This document shows, piece after piece, positions 56,840 to 64,000 of a stretch of 64,000 nucleotides of DNA. The position numbers and the translations under genes were made by a program. Source of the stretch: Bacteroidales bacterium. Lineage in GTDB: Bacteria > Bacteroidota > Bacteroidia > Bacteroidales > UBA12077. Below the pieces are notes generated by a model. The model saw nothing but the letters and a program-made list of their open reading frames with translations. It ran no database searches and was not told the DNA's origin. The DNA is taken from NCBI GenBank assembly GCA_036351015.1, contig JAZBOG010000013.1, positions 2,998-66,997 of the forward strand. The letters are read 5' to 3'. Numbering within the stretch: the first letter of the stretch is position 1; the number at the start of each line of letters is the position of its first letter.

Positions 56840-57955
56840 ATGCATTTATCCATTGAGCGTAAACCCACTGAGTCATTACACCGACGGCGTGTACTTCCCC
56901 AGACTTCTTACTGGGCGAGGGTTAAGGAAAAGCAGGGTTATCAGCCCCGGGCCTTTACCGTAGAAACAGAACCAGTATCGCTGCAAAAGCATTCGTTAAA
57001 GGAGGATCTGCTAATCATTATTCGTACTATCGGCAAGGAAGGTTCTGTTGCTTATATTCCTTATGGCCCTGATATTGAACTACCCGAAGAGGAACAAGGT
57101 GTTTTTCTGGAGGAGTTATCCGAGGCTCTGCGTCCCTATCTTCCCTCCGATTGTATCTTTATCCGGTATGATCTGTCCTGGGCATCGCCATGGCAGGATG
57201 ATGAGGATTGCTATAATGAATCCGGGGTATGGCTGGGACCTCCGGAAATAAGACTTCAGGAGCTGAGGATGAATTTTGACACACAAAACTGGAATCTTCG
57301 CAAAGCACCGTCGGATATTCTTCCCTCACATACCCTTTTTCTAAACCTGAAAAAGGATAAGGATGAGCTATTACAAAGTATGAAATCGAAGACCCGTTAT
57401 AATATCCGGTTATCGCACCGGAAAGGGGTACGGGTAAAAGATGTTTCGGCGGACAATTTATGGATTTGGCATAAACTATATCAGGAAACAGCCATTAGAA
57501 ATGGTATTGCCTACCAGGATATTCATCATTTTAAGACCATCTTAGAAACGCGGGCAGAAGATACGGCTTCACCAGCTGAAGTACATATGCTTCTGGCTGA
57601 AGAAGAAGAAGAAGAAGAAGATCCTCTGGCTGCTTTATTAATGGTAATTTCCGGAGGGCGTGCAACCTATCTGTATGGGGCATCTACAACAAAAAAAAGG
57701 AATCTTATGGGGACCTATGCTTTACAGTGGGAAGCGATATGTAAAGCCAAAAGTAAAGGATGTAAAGAATACGATTTTTTTGGTATCTCTCCTACACCCG
57801 ATAAAGCTCATCCCATGTATGGATTATACCGGTTTAAAAAAGGGTTTGGCGGATCGGAATACCACCGACAGGGATGCTGGGACTATCCATTACAGGAAGA
57901 AGCCTATGAGATCTACCGGTCGGTAGAAATTTCCAGCAAAGGTTATTATGTATAA
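56840..57955 (+). CDS. FemAB-family aminoacyltransferase-like protein (peptidoglycan bridge formation family)
   Basis: The pattern is Fem/MurM-like (KSKTRYNIRLSHRKG, YLYGAS...KRNLMGTYALQWEAI, YDFFGI, LYRFKKGFGG). I placed the start at MHLSIERKP. It contains a (GAA)7 poly-Glu tract. Confidence 0.72.
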   Translation: MHLSIERKPTESLHRRRVLPQTSYWARVKEKQGYQPRAFTVETEPVSLQKHSLKEDLLIIIRTIGKEGSVAYIPYGPDIELPEEEQGVFLEELSEALRPYLPSDCIFIRYDLSWASPWQDDEDCYNESGVWLGPPEIRLQELRMNFDTQNWNLRKAPSDILPSHTLFLNLKKDKDELLQSMKSKTRYNIRLSHRKGVRVKDVSADNLWIWHKLYQETAIRNGIAYQDIHHFKTILETRAEDTASPAEVHMLLAEEEEEEEDPLAALLMVISGGRATYLYGASTTKKRNLMGTYALQWEAICKAKSKGCKEYDFFGISPTPDKAHPMYGLYRFKKGFGGSEYHRQGCWDYPLQEEAYEIYRSVEISSKGYYV

Positions 57956-57966
57956 AACATAAAAAA

Positions 57967-57985
57967 AGCCCTGACTAACAGGGCT
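57967..57985 (+). terminator. Hairpin after the FemAB-like gene
   Basis: AGCCCTG-ACTAA-CAGGGCT is preceded by an A-run and followed by TTTT. Confidence 0.6.
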
Positions 57986-58012
57986 TTTCAAAGTCAAAAT
58001 TAGTAATTCAAA

Positions 58013-58204
58013 CTATTTAAGTTTAACATTTACTGCATTTAATCCCTTTTTACCTTCTTGGAGTTCAAAAGTTACTTCATCATCTTCCTTAATTTTATCA
58101 ATTAACCCGGAAACATGAACAAAGTATTCTTTGTCTGACTCTGCATCTTTAATAAACCCATACCCTTTTGATTCATTAAAGAATTTTACTTTACCTTCTT
58201 TCAT
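58013..58204 (-). CDS. Cold-shock domain protein
   Basis: GKVKFFNESKGYGFI (RNP1) and FVHVS (RNP2) are present. Confidence 0.93.
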   Translation of the reverse strand: MKEGKVKFFNESKGYGFIKDAESDKEYFVHVSGLIDKIKEDDEVTFELQEGKKGLNAVNVKLK

Positions 58205-58335
58205 AAAAAAAATATAAATTATTAAATATATATCAAAGGTATGAATAATAATTTAAATTTGCTTACAAGATTCTTTGAATAATTTCTCCTCAGATTTTTC
58301 TTAAATCATCCTGGCCAAAAATTGTGCAAAAAAAA

Positions 58336-58361
58336 AGCCGGATAAATTAATCTATCCGGCT
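58336..58361 (-). terminator. Intrinsic terminator after the fasciclin gene
   Basis: On the minus strand, AGCCGGATA-GATTAATT-TATCCGGCT is followed by T9. Confidence 0.65.
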
Positions 58362-58380
58362 TAAAGTAGACAAAGCAGAA

Positions 58381-60156
58381 CTACTTGGTGGGCGGTAATA
58401 AAACTTTATCAATCACATGAACTACACCGTTACTGCCTTGTACATCGGTTAATATCACATTGGTATCCCCGTTAATGGTAACTGATGAACCAACATTTAT
58501 TGTAATATCTCCATTTAAGGTGCTAACATTACCTGAAGATAAATCAGTTGAAAGTACATTTCCGCTAACCACATGATACTGAAGAATAGGTACCAGATCT
58601 TCTGCAGTTAAATCTTCAATTCCTGTAATTTCCAATTCAGCAAATAAAGCCTCAAAAGCATCATTGGTTGGCGCAAATACCGTAAATGGACCGTCTCCAC
58701 TTAATGTTTCCACTAAATCAGCTTTAACCACCGCTTCAACCAGAATACTAAAGTTCGGATTGTTAATGGCAATACCCACTATGGTAGGAGGCAATAAGAC
58801 TTTATCGATTACATGAATTACCCCATTGGAAGCATCAATATTTGCTGTAGTTACATTTGTGTTTCCATTTAGGGCAACCCCATCGGATAAATCAACCAGG
58901 AGATCAACATTTGTCGACTCCGGACCACTACTCAAGGTAGCAACGTAACCATTTGTCAGGTCGGTTGACATTACTTTTCCTGAAACAACATGATAAAGCA
59001 GAATAGGCACTAATTGTTCGGCAGTAAGGTCATCAAGACTAGCCACGCCAAGATCACTAAGCAGAGCATCAAAAGCATCATTGGTAGGCGCAAAAACTGT
59101 AAACGCACCGTCACCCTGCAGAGTTGAAACCAGGTCGGCTTTTGTAAGAGCTGCTACCAGCGATGAAAAATTATCATCTGCCGAAGCTATGTCAACAATA
59201 GTTTGAGGTTCTTCTTCAGGAAGCAATACTTTATCAATTACATGAACTACCCCATTGGTTCCCTGAACATCTGTTAATAATACATTGGACATCCCATTGA
59301 TGGTTACCGAAGAACCAACATCAACGGAGAAAGTACCATTGAGGGTAGCTACTTCGCCGGAGCTTAGATCGGAAGATAAAACATTTCCGCTAACCACATG
59401 ATACTGAAGAATAGGTACCAGATCTTCAGCAGTTAAATCTTCAATTCCTGTAATTTCCAATTCAGCAAATAAAGCTTCAAAAGCATCGTTGGTAGGCGCA
59501 AAAACAGTAAATGGACCGTTTCCATTTAGGGTTTCAACCAATCCGGCTTTTACCACAGCATCAACCAAAATACTAAAATCGGGATTATTTACAGCAATAT
59601 CCACAACTGTTGGAGGAAGTAATACTTCATCCACAACATGAATTACTCCATTGGAAGCTTCAATATCGGCTGTAGTTACATTTGTTGTAGAATTCAGTGA
59701 AACTCCGCCATTAACATTCACGAGCAGGGAGGCCTTGGTATTGTCTGCGCCAGGGCTTAAAGTAGAAACATACCCGTTATTTAATGCAGAAGACATGACC
59801 TTACCGCTCACCACATGATACAGTAGGATTGGCTCTAGTTGTTCTGCGGTTAATTCATCCAGGCTACTTACGCCTAAATCAGCAAGTAAGGCGTTAAATG
59901 CTGCATTGGTTGGAGCAAAAACAGTAAAAGGGCCATTTCCTTCTAATGTTGAAACCAGGTCAGCTTTTGATAAAGCTGCAACAAGTGTAGAGAAGTTGTC
60001 ATCAGCTACAGCTATCTCAACAATATTCTCCAGCTGATCATCAATCACATCATTAATTACATCATCGTCATCATCTTTATCACAAGATGTAAACATCAAT
60101 CCGGCTAATAAAGCGATAGCTGCGATTGATAAAAATTTTTTACCGATTGTTTTCAT
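58381..60156 (-). CDS. Lipoprotein with four FAS1 (fasciclin) domains
   Basis: It has a signal plus lipobox (LMFTSCDK). There are four copies of the pattern GPFTVFAPTN(A/D)AF...LLYHVVSG...NGVIHVIDKVLLP. Confidence 0.9.
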   Translation of the reverse strand: MKTIGKKFLSIAAIALLAGLMFTSCDKDDDDDVINDVIDDQLENIVEIAVADDNFSTLVAALSKADLVSTLEGNGPFTVFAPTNAAFNALLADLGVSSLDELTAEQLEPILLYHVVSGKVMSSALNNGYVSTLSPGADNTKASLLVNVNGGVSLNSTTNVTTADIEASNGVIHVVDEVLLPPTVVDIAVNNPDFSILVDAVVKAGLVETLNGNGPFTVFAPTNDAFEALFAELEITGIEDLTAEDLVPILQYHVVSGNVLSSDLSSGEVATLNGTFSVDVGSSVTINGMSNVLLTDVQGTNGVVHVIDKVLLPEEEPQTIVDIASADDNFSSLVAALTKADLVSTLQGDGAFTVFAPTNDAFDALLSDLGVASLDDLTAEQLVPILLYHVVSGKVMSTDLTNGYVATLSSGPESTNVDLLVDLSDGVALNGNTNVTTANIDASNGVIHVIDKVLLPPTIVGIAINNPNFSILVEAVVKADLVETLSGDGPFTVFAPTNDAFEALFAELEITGIEDLTAEDLVPILQYHVVSGNVLSTDLSSGNVSTLNGDITINVGSSVTINGDTNVILTDVQGSNGVVHVIDKVLLPPTK

Positions 60157-60325
60157 AACATTAATTTTTTAGTTTTTAATAGTTTTTAATGAATGGAAAA
60201 CAACGGTGCTTAAAAAATGTTCATTTATTTTTATATTTTTTTAAACAAATATTTATAAATTAATACAAAACTCCCTCTTATAGAAGATTATAGCGTATTA
60301 TATGTATAATTATTTTTATTTATTT

Positions 60326-60904
60326 TTAAACAATCTTTTTGTTTTTAAAATCAAAATACAGGATCATTGTATCCAGGGCGTATTTGATTGCATCATTTAC
60401 AGGAAGTTGTAATGTGCTCATTTGAGGATCAATGCTATACAATTGCATGGAATATTTTGTAATCTGTGGATATTTGGAAGGGGAAGAAATTTTTTGTTCC
60501 CACAGAATCGTTGATGGGTTTGTTTTAATTTTACTACAGGCAATCAGTACTTGATTTCCTTTTTTACCGGTATTTGCAGTAAATCCAAAAAGCCGGCAGA
60601 TAAACCCCCTGTATGGATAATACTGACAGGCACCCAGTTCAGAGAATGGATTGTATAAGCCACAGAGATCTGCATTTGCCTGGTGCTTGAGTTTTTCGAT
60701 CCAAAGAAAAGCTATCCTTTTTTGATACAGGAAATAGGCTAGTGGGAGAAACTCCAGGGGACTTGCAAGGATTCCTTTTTTAGTACAACATTCATTACAG
60801 TTTTCGGGACAACGAATATTGCTTTTCCTTTTTACAAGGTCAATATCCTTATCGAGGGAAGAATAAATTTTTTTTACTGCCCTAACTTTATCGGTAATGG
60901 TCAT
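60326..60904 (-). CDS. YkgJ-family cysteine-cluster protein
   Basis: CPENCNECC matches the CxxCxxCC motif, and there are additional downstream Cys residues. Confidence 0.7.
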   Translation of the reverse strand: MTITDKVRAVKKIYSSLDKDIDLVKRKSNIRCPENCNECCTKKGILASPLEFLPLAYFLYQKRIAFLWIEKLKHQANADLCGLYNPFSELGACQYYPYRGFICRLFGFTANTGKKGNQVLIACSKIKTNPSTILWEQKISSPSKYPQITKYSMQLYSIDPQMSTLQLPVNDAIKYALDTMILYFDFKNKKIV

Positions 60905-61031
60905 GTCAGAAATTATTACAGGACCAAAATTAACTAAAATCAGGGTTCAAGGATCTGTTGTCTAAAAATATTATATACCTAGCTATCAGAACTTTACAAA
61001 TCAAGCAAAGGAACAATGCACAGAATTACGT

Positions 61032-61640
61032 TTATTTCAGGTTATCTTTAAAAACTTTTTTAAACTTTTCCAGTTTTGGAGTAATTACGAAAGAACAATA
61101 GGGTTGAAATTTATTATTTTCGTAATAATCCTGATGATATTCTTCGGCTTGATAGAATGATTCGAAGGGAGAAATTTCAGTAACAATAGGTTTTTGATAG
61201 ATTCCTGCCTCATCCAGTTTCTGTTTAAGGGTTTGGGCAATCCTTTTCTGTTCGCTGGAGTGATAAAAGATAACAGAACGATATTGTGTTCCCACATCCG
61301 CCCCCTGGCGGTTTAAAGTAGTAGGATCATGGGTTTGCCAGAAGATCTCCAAGAGAGACTGATAAGAGATTATGCGGGGGTTATAGGATATCTGAACGAC
61401 TTCGGCATGACCGGTATTCCCGGTACAGACTTCTTTATAGGCTGGATTTTTAATTTTTCCTCCGGAATATCCCGAAACCACTGATTCAACTCCATTAACT
61501 TTTTCGAAGATCGCTTCGGTACACCAGAAACAACCTGAACCAAATGTTGCTAATTCCATGCTGAAATTTTTTTGTGAATAAATTTCATGGCTCATCATCG
61601 CCATGATTAAAAGACTAATGATTAACTTTACCTTTTTCAT
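61032..61640 (-). CDS. msrA: Peptide-methionine (S)-S-oxide reductase (secreted form)
   Basis: The active site GSGCFWCTEAIF is present, along with GHAEVVQISYNP. I placed the start at MKKVKLIISLL (signal peptide). The track ORF extends 60 codons upstream and overlaps the divergent gene. Confidence 0.9.
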   Translation of the reverse strand: MKKVKLIISLLIMAMMSHEIYSQKNFSMELATFGSGCFWCTEAIFEKVNGVESVVSGYSGGKIKNPAYKEVCTGNTGHAEVVQISYNPRIISYQSLLEIFWQTHDPTTLNRQGADVGTQYRSVIFYHSSEQKRIAQTLKQKLDEAGIYQKPIVTEISPFESFYQAEEYHQDYYENNKFQPYCSFVITPKLEKFKKVFKDNLK

Positions 61641-61701
61641 TCTTACTTTTACAGGATAACATGAATGAAAGCAAAATTGTTTAAACAGATCACTCATTTT
61701 G

Positions 61702-62229
61702 ATGAATTTCAGAGAACAGTTACTGGCAGAACTGTCCAAAAGGAATATTGAGTACATCGCCTCTGTTGTAGGTGAAGACCGGGCATTATTCAAGGAATTG
61801 ATGGATTTAATTTTCACCAACGAGCCTTATGTATCCGGGCGTGCTGCCTGGGTTTTAGAAACCCTCTGGCATAGCTACCCCTGGATGATCGAACCCTTTA
61901 TTCAACCAATAATTCAGTTTTTACCCAGGGCTAAATATAACAACCAACGCAGGCATTTTACCAAGATTCTTTCTGCCCTTCCATTAGATTGTTTAGACGA
62001 AGACCACCTGGGCATTTTAATCGATTGTTGCTTTACCTGGCTGGAAGAACCAAACTACCCCCCAGCGGTTAAGGTATATTCGATGCAAATCCTTCAGAAT
62101 TTTGTAGCAAAAGAACCGACCATTGCTTCCGAGCTCATTGCCATAATAGAGCATCAGATGGAAGATGCAACCCCCGGATTACAAAACAGGGGATATAAGA
62201 CCCTTAAGGCTCTTTACAAATTGATATAA
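61702..62229 (+). CDS. Helical-repeat (HEAT/ARM-like) hypothetical protein
   Basis: The pattern is all-helical (RAAWVLETLWHSYPWMIEPFIQPII...). I placed the start at the ATG one codon after the track TTG. Confidence 0.5.
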   Translation: MNFREQLLAELSKRNIEYIASVVGEDRALFKELMDLIFTNEPYVSGRAAWVLETLWHSYPWMIEPFIQPIIQFLPRAKYNNQRRHFTKILSALPLDCLDEDHLGILIDCCFTWLEEPNYPPAVKVYSMQILQNFVAKEPTIASELIAIIEHQMEDATPGLQNRGYKTLKALYKLI

Positions 62230-62348
62230 TCGGATATTTCAAATCCATAGTTCCAAGCAATAAATTTATTTCGAATTTATATATACATATATATTAATAG
62301 TTAAATTAATTTATTAATTTTGCACCTTCATTCAAAAAGAGATTTAAA

Positions 62349-62540
62349 ATGAAGAGAAATATTGTAGTAAACGAAAGTTATTGTCCTCAAAATCATCCCT
62401 GTCCTTCAACCGGGATATGTCCTGTTGGAGCTATTACTCAGAAGAGTCCCTTTAGCGCTCCGGAAATTGATTACAGTAAATGTACCGGTTGTGGTATTTG
62501 TACCCGATCATGTATGGTATTTCAATGTACAAATTGTTAA
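62349..62540 (+). CDS. Small 4Fe-4S ferredoxin-like protein
   Basis: It has CPxxxxCPSTGICPVGAI and CTGCGICTRSC cluster motifs. Confidence 0.6.
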   Translation: MKRNIVVNESYCPQNHPCPSTGICPVGAITQKSPFSAPEIDYSKCTGCGICTRSCMVFQCTNC

Positions 62541-62727
62541 AAAAGGCTGTCCAAAAGTAGAATTATTCAGGTTTTCAGCATAACTCCCAAAGAATTAAAC
62601 TGCTATAAATCAGTCTTCCGGAGCGCCCCATTTGCCAACAGGCAGGCTTCAGTCAGGTCTTTAGGGCATGGGGCACAATTGTTTTTTAGCGTTAACGGAT
62701 TAGAATGCTTTTTGGACAGCCTTTCCT

Positions 62728-63597
62728 TTATAATCTTGATGATTTTCTTGATTTAATCCTAAAAAGGAGATACATACTCACCAGGGCATAAACCAAAATC
62801 GCTAGAAGAGAAGTTTCAATTCCGAAAGCTCCTCCATTCAATAATCGGTGATTATTTTCTAAATGAATGGCAACAATACTGTTTATTTCATTAACCGGGG
62901 CACTTGAAACTTTTAAAATCCTGCCGGCAAAAAACATATTCCAGGCCATATGTACCAAGGCAGCAGCAAAAACATTCCGGGAATAAACCACGATCAAACT
63001 AAACATGATTCCAACCAAGCTTCCTCCAATCAATAAAAGAGCAAAATCAATCCAATGAAATGATTTTAACATGGTAACATGCATTATCCCGAATAAAACA
63101 GAAGGTATTAATACCGCTATCCTCAAATTCCATTTTTCTTTCAGAAGCCCCAGGATATAGCCCCTGAACAATGTTTCTTCGAGAAAACCTCCATTGATAG
63201 CCATGGCTATGGTTGACAGGATATAGAAAATCAACCAGGTAGAATCCAGGGATCCTCTTTTATCCATGATCGTTACAGGATTAAAAATCACGATCAAAAT
63301 GAAAAAAGCGATTGAAATCACAAGTCCAAACAACAACCATTTAAACAGGCTTTGTGTAAAATTTCTCAGATAAAAAGTTTCTCTGTTCATCTTAATTACT
63401 TTTTGTGCAAATAAAGACATCAAGAAAAGGGTCAGTGGGAGGCGCAGGATTAGCTCTCTAACGATAAATTTAAGGTTTACCGAGGGGATCCATTGGGTTG
63501 CAAGGTCGCTTATTATTGCAACGATAAAGAATATCGCTATTAAAGCAATACAATACAAAAGGGTTAACCACCAGGGTACATGCATTTTCTTTTCCAT
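62728..63597 (-). CDS. CPBP family intramembrane glutamic endopeptidase (CAAX protease/Abi family)
   Basis: It is polytopic, with EETLFRGY, FGIMH and HMAWN motifs. Confidence 0.8.
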   Translation of the reverse strand: MEKKMHVPWWLTLLYCIALIAIFFIVAIISDLATQWIPSVNLKFIVRELILRLPLTLFLMSLFAQKVIKMNRETFYLRNFTQSLFKWLLFGLVISIAFFILIVIFNPVTIMDKRGSLDSTWLIFYILSTIAMAINGGFLEETLFRGYILGLLKEKWNLRIAVLIPSVLFGIMHVTMLKSFHWIDFALLLIGGSLVGIMFSLIVVYSRNVFAAALVHMAWNMFFAGRILKVSSAPVNEINSIVAIHLENNHRLLNGGAFGIETSLLAILVYALVSMYLLFRIKSRKSSRL

Positions 63598-63813
63598 AAT
63601 TTTATTTTTTTTAATTAATTAACCGAAAATAGGCTTATCCCCGGGGAGTCAAAAACTTATTCCAGGTAGTGCAACTTAGGGGTGATAAAGATTAATTATC
63701 CTTATGTAAAAGTAGTTTACATGGTATTTTATTCATTTTACATCATTTTTTGCTACTTTTAAACAATAAATTATGATTTACCCATAGAAAAGATGATTTT
63801 CGTTTAAAAATCT

Positions 63814-64000
63814 ATGAAAAAAACAACGTATATAATTCATGTGTTGATTTGGGTTTTTCCCGTTATTTATATTCTTTTTTTAACAGATAATTTTATCATT
63901 GGTGTATTTAGCCGTGCTGAGGGTAATTTAAAGATTCCACTACTGTATGGTACGCTTTTAAATATGCTGCTTTTTTATTCCATATCATTCTATATTATTC
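63814..64000 (+). CDS. 5-prime part of a membrane protein gene that runs off the window end
   Basis: The frame is open from the ATG at 63814 to the window end. The product MKKTTYIIHVLIWVFPVIYILF...LLYGTLLNMLLFYSISFYII is hydrophobic and resembles the N-termini of Bacteroidota membrane sensor kinases. That assignment is tentative. Confidence 0.4.
   Translation, partial: MKKTTYIIHVLIWVFPVIYILFLTDNFIIGVFSRAEGNLKIPLLYGTLLNMLLFYSISFYII

Noticed and set aside
57599-57619. A (GAA)7 trinucleotide repeat encoding EEEEEEE inside the FemAB-like gene.
   Set aside because: It is in-frame, so slippage would only change the poly-Glu length and there is no phase-variation logic. It is probably a benign low-complexity linker.

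Overview
The window looks like a chromosomal segment of a Bacteroidota-type genome. Three things support this: the rpmB-rpmG-DUF4295-ftsY-rimO synteny, TAnnTTTG -7 promoter boxes upstream of several genes, and the presence of DUF4252/ECF-sigma, fasciclin and TPR-lipoprotein genes. Most of the window is ordinary housekeeping: kdsA, rarA, pcm, gyrA, clpC, tpx, rimO, ftsY, L28/L33, cinA, fabG, pyrD, 2x tRNA-Lys(UUU), msrA, cspA-like, peptidases and an ECF sigma cluster. The exception is a roughly 17 kb accessory, defence-island-like block at about 12.7-29.5 kb. It lies between a small membrane-protein gene and a TPR lipoprotein/gyrA, and I found no integrase, transposase or CRISPR in it. It contains four modules. 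(1) A Type I R-M operon (hsdR ... hsdM-hsdS) is interrupted between hsdR and hsdM by a two-gene cassette with its own promoter-like box. The cassette encodes a SatD-like protein with a class-III nucleotidyl-cyclase-homology core plus a C-terminal HTH, translationally coupled (TAATG) to a DUF3307-like polytopic membrane protein. (2) A DUF2779-type protein fuses PD-(D/E)XK and DEDD-exonuclease-like motifs and is followed by a WYL-domain regulator. (3) A hairpin-bounded three-gene operon encodes a single beta-grasp (multiubiquitin-like) protein, an E2-like/ThiF-E1 fusion and a CxCxC zinc-ribbon protein (DUF6527-like), with no recognisable JAB peptidase. (4) A further operon encodes a 2-TM protein of unknown fold, a protein with a C-terminal PD-(D/E)XK-like motif and a small wHTH protein. 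The best candidates for an uncharacterised system are the cyclase-like/membrane cassette nested in the R-M operon and the Ubl-E2/E1-Zn-ribbon operon with its neighbours. Smaller observations outside the island: a six-copy palindromic operator array (TTACAnnTGTAA) in an 860-bp intergenic region upstream of an XRE regulator, a tandem tRNA-Lys duplication with extra tRNA 3-prime-end fragments, an in-frame 825-bp internal duplication in a 4xFAS1 fasciclin gene, and a 15-bp long-range inverted repeat bracketing a convergent intergenic region. All functional calls come from motif reading and memory of protein families. No database search was run.
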